64,000 bases of DNA from Acidimicrobiaceae bacterium (GCA_003160115.1 PLQL01000034.1:146382-210381); one strand, 5' to 3'. Counted from the first letter of the stretch, positions 1 through 10,182 are shown. Numbers and translations are program-made. The notes: generated from the sequence alone by a model not told the origin.

Positions 1-324
1 CGCCAGCGCGTGAGGACCCCCTCCCGACCAGCCCACCGCGACGTAGTCGCTGCGACCGAGGGCGCCGAGCACCGTGGTCACGTCAGCGACGACCGACGAG
101 ATGCTCCGTCCCTCGAGGCGGCCCGACAATCCGTAACCGGGGCGCGAGAACGTCACGAAGAACAGCGACGACTGGTCGGCGATCTTCATGAAGTAATTCA
201 CCAATTTCACCGATCCCGGTGTGCCGTGGTGGAACACGACGGTCAAACCACTCGGGTCGCCCAGCGTGGCGACCTCGAGTTGTCTTCCGTCGGGCGTCGT
301 GAGTGTCTGTTCGAGGTAGCTCAT
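1..324 (-). CDS. Alpha/beta hydrolase (N-terminal part; runs off window)
   Basis: Manual translation MSYLEQTLTTPDGRQLEV...FHHGTPGS...SRPGYG...GWSGGGPHALA; HG oxyanion and GxSxG motifs; absent from ORF track. Confidence 0.9.
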   Translation of the reverse strand, partial: MSYLEQTLTTPDGRQLEVATLGDPSGLTVVFHHGTPGSVKLVNYFMKIADQSSLFFVTFSRPGYGLSGRLEGRSISSVVADVTTVLGALGRSDYVAVGWSGGGPHALA

Positions 325-366
325 GGTCTCGAACTTACCGTGAGAAAAGCGGTCTACGCTGCGAGA

Positions 367-798
367 ATGTCCGCCACCCACGTCGTCAGCACGTCACGAG
401 TCATCCCCGCCGCGCCCTCGGCGATCTTCGATCTCCTGGCGGACCCGCGAAAGCACAGCACCTTCGACGGTTCGAGCAGTGTCGTGAGGGTGCGAAAGGC
501 CCCCGAGAGGCTCTTCCTGGGCGCCCAGTTCTCGATGGACATGAAGCTCGGGCTGAGTTACGTCGTGAGCAACAAGGTGGTGGCCTTCGAAGAAAACAAA
601 TGCATCGCATGGCATCACCTGGCCCAGTTCGTCTGGCGCTACGACCTCGAAGAGGTCCCGGGTGGCACCAAGGTCACCGAGTCCTTCAACTACGACAAAC
701 CATGGGCGTTCGCGATCACGCTCTGGCACAAGGAGCAGTCCAACCTGCGTGACATGACCGCGACCCTTGAGAGGATTGAGACCATTCTCACGGCGTGA
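367..798 (+). CDS. SRPBCC / polyketide cyclase family protein
   Basis: IFDLLADP..H..FDGS and WRYDLE..GGTKVTES; TACGCT -10 six nt before ATG 367. Confidence 0.85.
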   Translation: MSATHVVSTSRVIPAAPSAIFDLLADPRKHSTFDGSSSVVRVRKAPERLFLGAQFSMDMKLGLSYVVSNKVVAFEENKCIAWHHLAQFVWRYDLEEVPGGTKVTESFNYDKPWAFAITLWHKEQSNLRDMTATLERIETILTA

Positions 799-1798
799 CG
801 TTGAGCGCGGCACCAACGTCCAACAACTCGACCCAGGTCTGACCGGGCGTCAGTGTCATGGTCTTGCCGCTCGACGTCTGGTAGGCAATGACGTTGGACA
901 TCGACGATCCGCGCGACCACGATCCCGCGACTTCCTTGCCGTCAGTGAAGAAGTCGGCGCTGCCCGCGCCCTGAAGGTTGGCGTAGGAGTTCAAAGTACC
1001 GATGCCGTTCACGTAGTTCACGAACATGACCACCACGTTCTTCGGCGACTCACGTACGCCAGTACCCGTCACGTCGGCCTTGCCGAAGATCGTGCGATCC
1101 CACGAACCCGACGCGGCATCCCAGGTCCAGGTGACGGGATAGATACTGGGAAAGTTGACGACGAAGCTGGCAACCGTGGCCCCCTTCACCTTCGCACCCG
1201 CGCTGCGGTACGAGAAGAGCGCGGGCGGTGGCTTAGGTGAACCGCCGATGGCGAACAGCGAGGAGCCGATGCCGAAGAGATTGTGTGGCGCGTAGAGGTC
1301 CGGGTCGCGATACATCGCTGACGTCTGGTCGGCCTTGTCCTCGTCGACCAGGGTGAGACCGGGCACGGTCTCGATACTGGCGATGGCGTAGGGGGCGCCA
1401 CCCGAAAAGGCGAAGATACCCTTCAGCGGATAGACGACCTGGGTGTCGGTGGGTCGAACCGAACGGACCGGACCAATCTTGGCGGGCGCTTGGGAGTTGA
1501 AGATCGCCGCCAGTCGCGTGATACCGCCGTTCACGATCTCCTCGTAGACCACGTCAGCCTGGTCGATGCCCCACTGGGGCAAGGCTTCGGGCGTGTTCTC
1601 GATCTTGACCGTGAGGGCCGGACGGGTGAGGGCCGCGCCCCCCGGGTCCGGCAAACCCGTCAAGGGCGCCGTCGGAATCACCACCGCGGTGCTGGTCGTG
1701 GTCGGCGCCGCGGTGTTGCTCTTGTGGTAGCGGATGTAGATGACGACTGCGGCGGCCACGACCACGAGCACGCCAAGAAGGGAGAGCCATTTACGCAT
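788..1798 (-). CDS. DUF3048 membrane-anchored protein
   Basis: N-terminal TM; APLTGLP, VKIEN, GGITR, GPVRSVR, APHNL, PGQTWVEL. Confidence 0.9.
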   Translation of the reverse strand: MRKWLSLLGVLVVVAAAVVIYIRYHKSNTAAPTTTSTAVVIPTAPLTGLPDPGGAALTRPALTVKIENTPEALPQWGIDQADVVYEEIVNGGITRLAAIFNSQAPAKIGPVRSVRPTDTQVVYPLKGIFAFSGGAPYAIASIETVPGLTLVDEDKADQTSAMYRDPDLYAPHNLFGIGSSLFAIGGSPKPPPALFSYRSAGAKVKGATVASFVVNFPSIYPVTWTWDAASGSWDRTIFGKADVTGTGVRESPKNVVVMFVNYVNGIGTLNSYANLQGAGSADFFTDGKEVAGSWSRGSSMSNVIAYQTSSGKTMTLTPGQTWVELLDVGAALNVTP

Positions 1799-1845
1799 AC
1801 GAATAACCTACTAAATTGGTAGAAAATAGGGCAAACACCAGGAAA

Positions 1846-2310
1846 TTACTGGAGCAACTTAAAGATTACGGTATGCGGCAACTGCGTCTCGGGACTGAGG
1901 TGCTCACTGCCTTCGAGCGCCAACCAGCCGGTACGCAGATAGAAACCGAGCGCGGAGTCTCGGCCGTTGGCCCAGAGTTGCTGGGCGCCGAGATACTTCA
2001 GTTCTCGTTCGGCGTGCTCGAGCACGAGGGCGCCGTACCCGCGACCCTGCACGTCAAAGTCGGTCGCCATATAGCGGAGTTGATACGTGAGGAGCTCAGC
2101 GTTCACCGGCGCCGTTGAAGGATAGAACGACGCACTCACCACGAGTCGCCCACCTAGAAACCCGGCGTAGTGCCGCGACGATGAATCATCGTCGCGCGGA
2201 TCGGCCACCGTTTTGGCCGGATCATTCGAACGAAGCACTCGGCGACGAAGTTCATGAAGCTCGTGCGGATCGACCCTTCGAACAGTGAAGTGATCCACGG
2301 TTTCAGTCAA
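1846..2310 (-). CDS. GNAT acetyltransferase
   Basis: QLRYMAT..QGRGYG..LWANGR..ALGFY; start uncertain (TTG 2310 or GTG 2298). Confidence 0.85.
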   Translation of the reverse strand: MTETVDHFTVRRVDPHELHELRRRVLRSNDPAKTVADPRDDDSSSRHYAGFLGGRLVVSASFYPSTAPVNAELLTYQLRYMATDFDVQGRGYGALVLEHAERELKYLGAQQLWANGRDSALGFYLRTGWLALEGSEHLSPETQLPHTVIFKLLQ

Positions 2311-2794
2311 GGGTCTTGACCATAGTGCAGAGCGTGATCGAAGGGTCACGGTCCATGATGATTGTCTCACCGTTCTCGACGAAGCCGACCTTTGCGTAGA
2401 ACGCCCGCGCAGGTCTGACGCCCGGATTAACGTGCAAGTAAAGTTGACGAGCGCCGTCGGCTCGCGCCCAGGTCACCACCGCGTCGACGAGTTGCGTGGC
2501 CAGTCCACTGCCGCGTTCACTCGGAGCGACGTACATCCCATAAAGCCAGCACGTCCCCGGGTGTACCTCGTTGTAGCCACCCGAAACCATGCCCTTGACC
2601 ACACCACTGCATTCGCCGAGGTAGTAGTTCCAAGTCTTGGCGACCTTTCGCCAACGTCGTGCGGACCACTTGAGAGAATCGTCGTACGTCGACCCGTACG
2701 CTTCGGGGGTGTCACGCAGTGCCTCAAGACGTATCGCGCGCAGCGCCGAGAAATCTCGCGCGCCCGCACGCCGAACGGTGCACGGACTACTCAT
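2303..2794 (-). CDS. GNAT acetyltransferase
   Basis: RLEAL..P.AY, GMYVAP..RGSGLA, ARAFY.KVGF. Confidence 0.9.
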   Translation of the reverse strand: MSSPCTVRRAGARDFSALRAIRLEALRDTPEAYGSTYDDSLKWSARRWRKVAKTWNYYLGECSGVVKGMVSGGYNEVHPGTCWLYGMYVAPSERGSGLATQLVDAVVTWARADGARQLYLHVNPGVRPARAFYAKVGFVENGETIIMDRDPSITLCTMVKTLD

Positions 2795-3404
2795 TCAAGT
2801 TCATGCGTTGGGCGACGTTGCGTTCAGCGAGCGAACCACTCGCGAGATTCTCGCGCACGCTCTCGAAATCCTCGGCGGGTCGGTTTTGGGAGAGCTTGGC
2901 CTTACCCTCAATGCTGATCACTTCGATCTCGATGCCAATGATCGCCTTCAATTGCTGGTCGATGTACTTCGCCGGAGCGTCGTCGACGCGCCACTGCGGC
3001 TCACGACTGTGTTCAAACCGATCGGTCTGGGAACGTACTTGGGCGAGTTTCCATTCCGGCTCCTCGTGCATTCGAACGCGACCGCGAACCTCGGCCGCGA
3101 CGTAGTTCCACGTCGGCACGACTTCGGGATGAGTCAAGCGGCTCGGGTAATTGGAGGGCGTGACGTAGGCGCTGGCGGCGAGGAAGACGGCGAGCACCTC
3201 GTCACCCGGTTCGACCCCTTGGCACCAGTGATTTGCCCTGGCCGCGTGTGACGTGATGGTCCGTTGATCGTCGTCGACGACCACCGGCACAAAAACACTG
3301 GCTAGACCGGACGGCGTGACGCGCACGAGGACACCCGCTCCCGCGTCTCGAACCACCCGCCACGCCTCGTCGTCGCCGACGCGGAACTTGGCTGGAACGT
3401 ACAC
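2787..3404 (-). CDS. FMN-binding negative transcriptional regulator (PaiB family)
   Basis: MYVP..F, HAARAN, YVTP..Y, VPTWNY, KAKLSQNR. Confidence 0.92.
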   Translation of the reverse strand: MYVPAKFRVGDDEAWRVVRDAGAGVLVRVTPSGLASVFVPVVVDDDQRTITSHAARANHWCQGVEPGDEVLAVFLAASAYVTPSNYPSRLTHPEVVPTWNYVAAEVRGRVRMHEEPEWKLAQVRSQTDRFEHSREPQWRVDDAPAKYIDQQLKAIIGIEIEVISIEGKAKLSQNRPAEDFESVRENLASGSLAERNVAQRMNLNE

Positions 3405-3439
3405 GCATCCATTGTTCCACGCTTTGGCCCGAAGGTCTT

Positions 3440-3964
3440 TCAGATTTGAGCGAGCAGTGCGTCTAGCCTCTCGAAACTCTCGTTCCAACCGATGGCGCCA
3501 CCCGTCGAGATCATGACGTCACGGTCATCGACAACCGGATACCTGGCCCGGACCTCGGCGGTCGTCACCCCCTGTTCTTCGCGCAAATCGATCTCGTAGT
3601 ACCAGCGAACGGGCACGAACTCGAGTGCAGTCCCTTTTGGTCGAAACATATGAACAAAGTCGTCGGGGTGCTCGCTGAGGTCAGCGACAAGCTCGAAGTG
3701 GTGTGGCACACGTACGTTGTGCACCGTGCCGAACATCGGGTACTCGGTGCCGTCGGGCGCTCGCATCTTGATCCGGTACGAGCCACCCTCGGTCAGATTC
3801 ATGAAACACTCCGACACGTTCGTGACGTGAGGTCCGTACCATGGGCGCAGCATGTCGGCAGTCGTCCACGCCGCAAAGACTTTCTCAATCGGCGCGTCAA
3901 AGGTACGCACCAATCGCGTTTGGGGATCGTCATCCGTCACTTGGAATTCAACTTGTCGTTCCAC
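3440..3964 (-). CDS. SRPBCC (AHSA1-like) protein
   Basis: RTFDAP.EKVF.AWT..L..WYGP, GGSYRI.M, GW.ESFERL; GGAGG RBS before GTG. Confidence 0.85.
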   Translation of the reverse strand: MERQVEFQVTDDDPQTRLVRTFDAPIEKVFAAWTTADMLRPWYGPHVTNVSECFMNLTEGGSYRIKMRAPDGTEYPMFGTVHNVRVPHHFELVADLSEHPDDFVHMFRPKGTALEFVPVRWYYEIDLREEQGVTTAEVRARYPVVDDRDVMISTGGAIGWNESFERLDALLAQI

Positions 3965-4001
3965 GTCGCCACCTCCGCGTGAGAGCAACGATACTCACGC
4001 T

Positions 4002-5378
4002 TTACGTTTCGCTACGGCTCGGTAGGCGAGCTGAATAGATCGAGTAGCCGTCGATGTGTCGAACGAGGAACGTCGCAATCAACGTGGCGGCCATGACGGG
4101 AATCATGATTCGAAAGCCACCGTGGGAGAGTTCGAGTACGAGCACTATTCCCGCGAGTGGTGCCTGCATCGAAGCACCGATCATGGCTGCGGCACCGACC
4201 AGCGCGAAGGCTCCGACGGGCGTTCCGGGCCACAGGTGAATCCACACGGCACCAAAGAACGCGCCGAAGACCGCACCCGTCGCCAGGAACGGCGTGAACA
4301 CGCCGCCCGACGCACCACTGCCCAGCGTCAGGGCGGTCACGAACGGCTTCAGCGCGAACAGGGCGAAGAAGAGACCTAGACCTCCCGCGCCCAGGAAGGC
4401 CTCGTGGGCCATATCCTTGCCGTTGCCAAAAAGTTGCGGAAACCAGATTCCGAGCACGCCCACGACGAGGAACGCGAGGGGCATCACCCAGAAGATCGAC
4501 GCCCCCTTGGCACGGTAGTGAGCGCACCAGCCAATGACTCGTACGTACGAAACGGCAAGAAGTCCGATGACGACGCCGGCAACCAACGACCAGACCATCA
4601 ACGAGCCACTGAAACGATACGACGGAATGTCGGGATAGGTGGCTCTGCTCGGCAGGTACACCCACGCGACCATGGTCGCGATGAGAGAACACGCCAGCGC
4701 CGGTAATACGGTCGGCAGGGCGAAACTCCCAAGCAGCACTTCAGCGGTGAAGATCGCGCCACCGAGTGGAACGTTGTAGACCGCCGCGAGTCCTGCACCA
4801 CCGCCACAGGCGACCAGGAGGCGCTTCTGGGTGGGTGAGAGTTTCAACCAGTGCGAGAGAACGCTGCCCGACGCACCACCCATCAATTTCGGCGCGGCCT
4901 CGCGGCCAATTGAAGCACCCATGCCAATGACCACTTCGGACGCGATTGAAGTGAAGAAGCTGCGCCGGATGCCGAGTTCGCCGTCGCCGTTCCACAGCGA
5001 ATCGTCAATCTCGGCATTCTCGTGTCGCAGGTAACGACGGATGAGGAACCAGAGCACGGCACCGAGCACGCCAGCAATGAACAGGGTGATTACGCGGTGC
5101 AAGTCAGTCGTACGAGCGACCGCCGCCTGATAACTCCCCGAGTGATAGCCGAATGCAACTCGCTCGCTCAACGCAAGTAACCACATCAGTAAATCGCCGA
5201 AGAGTCCGGTCGCGACTCCCGTGAGCACGACGGCCAGCCAGAATGTCGGCGTAAGGGCGGCCTCCTCCTGGGTGACGTTGGGCTGCTCCATGGCGCCTCG
5301 TCCAGAAGCGATTCGGTGCTTAAGCAACGGCGGAGGGATACGCAGTCGCTCGTTCTCTCCTTCGTGCTTGTGGTTCAT
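4002..5378 (-). CDS. ClC-family chloride channel/transporter
   Basis: GASIGREAAP, AAVYNVPLGGAIF, GNG, GASGGVFTP, GYSIY; many TM segments; start may lie 5378-5423. Confidence 0.9.
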   Translation of the reverse strand: MNHKHEGENERLRIPPPLLKHRIASGRGAMEQPNVTQEEAALTPTFWLAVVLTGVATGLFGDLLMWLLALSERVAFGYHSGSYQAAVARTTDLHRVITLFIAGVLGAVLWFLIRRYLRHENAEIDDSLWNGDGELGIRRSFFTSIASEVVIGMGASIGREAAPKLMGGASGSVLSHWLKLSPTQKRLLVACGGGAGLAAVYNVPLGGAIFTAEVLLGSFALPTVLPALACSLIATMVAWVYLPSRATYPDIPSYRFSGSLMVWSLVAGVVIGLLAVSYVRVIGWCAHYRAKGASIFWVMPLAFLVVGVLGIWFPQLFGNGKDMAHEAFLGAGGLGLFFALFALKPFVTALTLGSGASGGVFTPFLATGAVFGAFFGAVWIHLWPGTPVGAFALVGAAAMIGASMQAPLAGIVLVLELSHGGFRIMIPVMAATLIATFLVRHIDGYSIYSARLPSRSET

Positions 5379-5546
5379 ACGCCTCTCACTACTTCGTGCT
5401 TGCAATCGTAACGGTGAGGTCATGACGGTTATGTTCAGCGTCGTCGCGAACGAGCGAGAAGGGCAAGAAGTGCTTGATTCACGTTTCTCAACTTCTGCAC
5501 TTGAAATTATCGACTACACGATGTGGTCGCGCCGTATCCTCTCTGC

Positions 5547-6212
5547 ATGAACGAGTACGCGAAGGCCTTCGCTGCAAGTCGCGACGCGGTGTGCGAAGTC
5601 GTCTCGAGCGTCCCGGCCCCCGAGTGGGAACGCACCTCACCGCTCACGCCGCTCTGGAAGGTACGTGAAGTGCTCGCCCACCTCGTCGGCGTGAGCCGCG
5701 ACGTGTCGGCGCGTAACTTGCCCCGAGGCGATATCAACGAATGGGCGCAACGTCAAGTGGCGCTGGGTGCCGGTCTCTCACTCGACGAACTGGTGCGTCG
5801 ATGGCGAGACTTTGCCATCGAAGACGAGATAGACGAGAGTTTTCAATTCTTGCTCTTCGACCAGGTCACCCACGAATACGACATCCGTTACGCGCTCCAC
5901 GAGCCCGGTCCGGAGTCGTGCGACAGAGTCCGCGTCGCGGCTGTGTCAGTGATCGAACCGTTCCGGCCCTCGACGACGTTGTCGTTTCGCCTTCGACTCG
6001 ATGGCGTCGTCTACTACGTGGGCAGCGGTGACGAGACCATCGATCTCGAAACGAGCCATTTCGAATTCCTTCGACTGCGTGCGGGTCGTCGAAGCTGGCA
6101 GGAGATTACCGAGCTACCCTGGCGGGGCGATCTGAAAGGCGTACGCAGCTACCTGTTCGACAATGACGTCTTCGAGCCCGCGTCGTTTCGCGTGAACGAG
6201 ACGACGAGCTGA
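5547..6212 (+). CDS. Maleylpyruvate isomerase / mycothiol-dependent (DinB-like) enzyme
   Basis: W.VREVLAHL and D..THE.DIR.AL metal-ligand pattern; leaderless TATCCT. Confidence 0.85.
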   Translation: MNEYAKAFAASRDAVCEVVSSVPAPEWERTSPLTPLWKVREVLAHLVGVSRDVSARNLPRGDINEWAQRQVALGAGLSLDELVRRWRDFAIEDEIDESFQFLLFDQVTHEYDIRYALHEPGPESCDRVRVAAVSVIEPFRPSTTLSFRLRLDGVVYYVGSGDETIDLETSHFEFLRLRAGRRSWQEITELPWRGDLKGVRSYLFDNDVFEPASFRVNETTS

Positions 6213-6977
6213 CTACTCGACCGACTCGCTCATCACGAGACCGCAGTTCGTACAAACCTGCGAACCCGCACTGACCGCACCGCATTCGCGACACAGGAGG
6301 TTCGCGAAGCAGGCGGGGTCGCCACCGGTGTCCACCCCTAGCTCCAGCAGATCGCGCGGATCGTCGATGATGTACTCGGCCCCACTCGTGTCGAGTTCAT
6401 CGCGAGACCCATAACCCCACAGCACGCCAATGGGCACGATGCCGTGGAAGATAGAAGCGAGCACGTCTTGTTGACGATCGCCGACCATCCAGACCCGCCG
6501 ACGTCGAGGGGGCTGGAAATAGTCAAGAACCCCATTGAGTACTTGCTTTTTCGTGGTGAGCGAGTCGTCGAAGCTGACACCCGCGATCGTGCGAAAGAAC
6601 GAGGCGACACCCAGCGACCCGAGCATCTCGTGAGCGAAATCCACCCGCTTGGCCGTCGCGACACCCATGAGCACATCACTCTCTTCGAGCACTCGCAGCG
6701 TTTCAAAGATGCCGTCATAGAGCCGGGCCCGTTGGACGCCGAATTTTCCGTAGAAGTCGCGGTACCGATCGACGACCGGACCGAGGGCGTCCCCGTCTAT
6801 ACCCAAAGTGCGAAAGGACTCTTCCAACGGGGGTCCGATCAGTTGGCGCAAGTCGTCGTCGCTTCGCTCGATGCCCAATTCGTCCAGCGTCAGTCGAAAG
6901 GAGTACAAAATCCCCTCTTGGGAGTCGGCGATGGTCCCGTCAAGGTCAAAGATCACGTACTCGGGCAGCGAACTCAC
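6213..6977 (-). CDS. HAD hydrolase (phosphoglycolate phosphatase-like) with C-terminal zinc ribbon
   Basis: FDLDGTIADS, IGPPL, ATAK, MVGDR..DV, V.WGYG; tail CRECG..CTNCG. Confidence 0.9.
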   Translation of the reverse strand: MSSLPEYVIFDLDGTIADSQEGILYSFRLTLDELGIERSDDDLRQLIGPPLEESFRTLGIDGDALGPVVDRYRDFYGKFGVQRARLYDGIFETLRVLEESDVLMGVATAKRVDFAHEMLGSLGVASFFRTIAGVSFDDSLTTKKQVLNGVLDYFQPPRRRRVWMVGDRQQDVLASIFHGIVPIGVLWGYGSRDELDTSGAEYIIDDPRDLLELGVDTGGDPACFANLLCRECGAVSAGSQVCTNCGLVMSESVE

Positions 6978-7063
6978 AGCACCATCTTGACGCGTTTCCT
7001 ACCTACCCGTTCAACGTCAATTTCCCCTTTAGGGCGAATGAAATTCCGCAACCGAATGAGGCC

Positions 7064-7867
7064 TCAGCGCCTCGCGAGTACTTCGACGTTCAGCACGACA
7101 AACACGCCGTCCTCGTTGATCGACCATTTGCGAAAGGCCTGGGACATCGACGCCAGACCACCCTCGTCGATGAACCCGTACGCCAGCGCTTGGCCAGCGA
7201 AATCGCTGTGAAGGATTCGATCAGCCCACAGTCCTCCCCACCACGCACGTTCGTCGGCCTGATGAAAGGTCCAATTCGATGACGTGACCGTTGCGTCATG
7301 AAAGCCCGCCTGGCGCACCCAGGTAGGAAGAAGGCGACCGGCGTCGGCTTGGGCCCCGTTCGCCAAGGTCACTCGGTGGTAGAGATCCATCCAGGCATCC
7401 AGTCGAGGGTCATCGGGTGACCAGATGAACGCTCCGAAGTCGGCGTCGCGCACCGCGAGTAGGCCTCCATCGACGAGCACTCGACGCATCTCGATGAGCG
7501 CGGACACCGGATCGCTCAAGTGTTGCAGCACTTGGTGCGCATAGACGACGTCGAAACTCTGATCCTTGAACGAGAGGTCGTACACGTTGTCGATCGAGAA
7601 CCGGAGGTTCTCGATCCCCTGGTCCTCGTGAATGCTCCGAGCGTTCTCGATCACTTCCTCGGCGATGTCAATCGCGATCACGAGCCCCGGTGCGACGCGG
7701 CGCGCCAGATCGGCGCTAATGGTCCCCGGACCGCATCCCACGTCGAGGACACGGGCTCCGGCAGCGAGTTCGGGCAGCAAGAAACCCGCGGAATTCTCCG
7801 CGGTGCGCCAGCGGTGACTGCGCAAGACCGACTCGTGATGCCCGTGGGTGTACTGGTCTTCGGTCAT
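7064..7867 (-). CDS. Class I SAM-dependent methyltransferase
   Basis: YTHGHHESVLRSHRWRTAENSA, VLDVGCGPG, FDVVYAHQVLQH. Confidence 0.92.
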   Translation of the reverse strand: MTEDQYTHGHHESVLRSHRWRTAENSAGFLLPELAAGARVLDVGCGPGTISADLARRVAPGLVIAIDIAEEVIENARSIHEDQGIENLRFSIDNVYDLSFKDQSFDVVYAHQVLQHLSDPVSALIEMRRVLVDGGLLAVRDADFGAFIWSPDDPRLDAWMDLYHRVTLANGAQADAGRLLPTWVRQAGFHDATVTSSNWTFHQADERAWWGGLWADRILHSDFAGQALAYGFIDEGGLASMSQAFRKWSINEDGVFVVLNVEVLARR

Positions 7868-8283
7868 CGCGTCTCTTCAAGCCAGCGTCCGAGCACCATA
7901 GTGTGTGTGTCGTCGTAACCAAGTCGCTGGTAGAAACCCACCGCGACCGCGTTGGTGTCGCGCACCATCAGCTGGACTTTTGGTACACCTCGTTCAGCGA
8001 GCCAACGCTCAGCGGACTGCATCAAGAGTCTCCCGATCCCGCGTCGCTGGTGCGCAGGCGCCACGGCCACGTAGTACACCCAACCACGATGGCCGTCGTC
8101 GCCCACCATGACGGTGCCGATCAGCGCGTCTCCATCGAACGCCCCCAGCACACTTGACGATGAACTTCGCAGGGCCCGCCGAAAATCTTCTCCTGGATCG
8201 TTCCACGGCCGCGTCAAGCCCACGAGGTCCCACAAGTGCGCGACGAGCTCGATACTCGTTTCGTCAAGCTCCTCGATTTTCAT
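7864..8283 (-). CDS. GNAT acetyltransferase (YpeA-like)
   Basis: LTRPWNDP, MVGDDGHRGWVYYVAV, KVQLMVR..N..FY..LGY. Confidence 0.92.
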   Translation of the reverse strand: MKIEELDETSIELVAHLWDLVGLTRPWNDPGEDFRRALRSSSSSVLGAFDGDALIGTVMVGDDGHRGWVYYVAVAPAHQRRGIGRLLMQSAERWLAERGVPKVQLMVRDTNAVAVGFYQRLGYDDTHTMVLGRWLEETR

Positions 8284-8338
8284 CCTTTCATCGTAGGGGT
8301 CTGCGCTCGCCGATTCAGTCGTGTTCTAGCCTCTTGCC

Positions 8339-8812
8339 ATGGACCCCGAGTGGACTGGTCAAGCGCGCTTCTGGATCGTCGGAGGCTACCTGGTCGCCTT
8401 CGTGGCGAGCGTCGTTGAGTCCATCGGACAGTTCTCCTCCTTCACGCACGGCGGACTCACCGCGACCATCGCCGTGGACGTGACGCTCGGACCCGTCGTC
8501 GCCGCCGGCTCGCTGTGGACGTGGTGGTGGCTGTCGCAACTACAGGTCAACGACGACGCCCATCGACGAGTCATCCGAGGCGGTGTCGTCGGCCTGATCG
8601 TGGTTCTCGTGGCTGAGGGGACGATGTCCTTTACGAGTTTCACCTCGTTGGTTGGTGTCCAATCGGTCCTCAAATGGGTACTCGCCACCTACTTGCTGAT
8701 GACCGTGGGCGAAGTTGCTTCCGCGATTGGATTCCTCGCAATTCTCATCGCGCTGCACTCGGCATCAGGAACCCCTTCGAAGTCGCCAACCCTCGAGGAC
8801 TGGGACACCTAG
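8339..8812 (+). CDS. Hypothetical membrane protein (~4 TM)
   Basis: Four hydrophobic segments; TAGCCT six nt before ATG. Confidence 0.65.
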   Translation: MDPEWTGQARFWIVGGYLVAFVASVVESIGQFSSFTHGGLTATIAVDVTLGPVVAAGSLWTWWWLSQLQVNDDAHRRVIRGGVVGLIVVLVAEGTMSFTSFTSLVGVQSVLKWVLATYLLMTVGEVASAIGFLAILIALHSASGTPSKSPTLEDWDT

Positions 8813-9000
8813 CGTCTGCTCGATCCCGACGTCAACGTTTCGCGTATCCGACCAGATTGACGTGGCCGAAGATCGAAACACCACCGACTCGCTCAAATCC
8901 TCGGAACTGGCTGCCGTGCCATAGGAAAACCTGAAGATTAACGTCGCGGCGTCACGTCCTCCTCGAGCTCGAGTCCGCGGACCGAGCGACAATCAGGCAA

Positions 9001-9147
9001 CTAGTGGCGCACCACGACGATCAAGAGCACTACCGCGAGTGGAGCCCACGCGATCAACCATCCTTGCCACGTCTGTGGTCGGCGGCCGTAGCCGAATCGC
9101 TTAGGTCCAAACCAAGGCTTCCGGCCATTTTGGTCAGGCACAATCAC
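9001..9147 (-). CDS. Small single-TM protein (WFGPKRFGYG..PQTWQGW type)
   Basis: Manual translation MIVPDQNGRKPWFGPKRFGYGRRPQTWQGWLIAWAPLAVVLLIVVVRH; AGGAG upstream; below ORF-track cutoff. Confidence 0.75.
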   Translation of the reverse strand: MIVPDQNGRKPWFGPKRFGYGRRPQTWQGWLIAWAPLAVVLLIVVVRH

Positions 9148-9285
9148 TGGATCGTCTCTCCTACTCGCCACTCACGTCGCCTCAAGGATAGGCCTCTGTC
9201 AGTCATCGTTCACCTTGGCTTCGCCGCAACTTCGCACAATCCCGGCAGTCGATACGCCTAGGGTGTGGAAACCGAAGGAGGACTG

Positions 9286-10074
9286 ATGCGCATCCTTATC
9301 ACTGGCGCTGGTCGCGCGATTGGTGCCGCCACCGCCACCGAGCTGACCAAGGCCGGCCACGAGGTCATCGCGACTGCCCGTGACGTCGCACAACTTGACT
9401 CACTCGACGTCGCTTTGCGACTACCCCTCGATATCACCAGCGAAGCCTCGATCACTGAGGCCCTGGCGCGCTCGGGAGAAATCGATGCCGTGGTCAACAA
9501 CGCCGCGGCGCACGGTCAAGGACCCCTCGAGGATTATCCCATTGATCGACTGCGCATGGTCTTCGAAACCAACGCCATTGGACCCATTCGACTCATCCAG
9601 CACTTGTTGAAGCCATGGCGCGAACGCCGTCGTGGCGTTATTGTCAACATCAGTTCGGTGCAAGGCCGGGTCGCCACGCCCCTCGAAGGGGCGTACGCCG
9701 GCTCAAAGTACGCGCTCGAAGCGATGTCCGAGACTCTGCACTACGAAATGCGCCACTTCGGGATACGAACGGTGATAGTCGAACCGGGCTACATCGCTCC
9801 CGGTATGAAGCCCGTACCGGCGATGGAGCGCAACCCCGCCTACGCCGGCCTCTGGCAAGAGTGGGAGGGCACCGACACCAAGCTGAACGGTCCCGGGGGC
9901 CGACCGGGCCCCGAAATCGTGGCCCACGCGGTACAACGTGCTCTCGAAGACGACACCACCCCGTTGCGCGTCCCGGTAGGCGCGGACGCAGAACTCATCC
10001 TCGCCACCCGTTCCCAATTGGGCGACGAGGAATTCGAGGCTCTCATGCGTCAGACGCTGCATCTTCGCTGGTAG
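9286..10074 (+). CDS. SDR family oxidoreductase
   Basis: ITGAGRAIG, VNNAA, NISS, YAGSK, VEPG; AGGAGG RBS. Confidence 0.95.
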   Translation: MRILITGAGRAIGAATATELTKAGHEVIATARDVAQLDSLDVALRLPLDITSEASITEALARSGEIDAVVNNAAAHGQGPLEDYPIDRLRMVFETNAIGPIRLIQHLLKPWRERRRGVIVNISSVQGRVATPLEGAYAGSKYALEAMSETLHYEMRHFGIRTVIVEPGYIAPGMKPVPAMERNPAYAGLWQEWEGTDTKLNGPGGRPGPEIVAHAVQRALEDDTTPLRVPVGADAELILATRSQLGDEEFEALMRQTLHLRW

Positions 10075-10182
10075 CGAGAACAAGACCGCAGCGTCTCACT
10101 GCGCTCTGCTGGCATCTCCACCAAGCCAATAGCGCCGTCGTCGAACTCTAAGTCAAGCAACGCTCGCGCACGTGGCGCCGTA

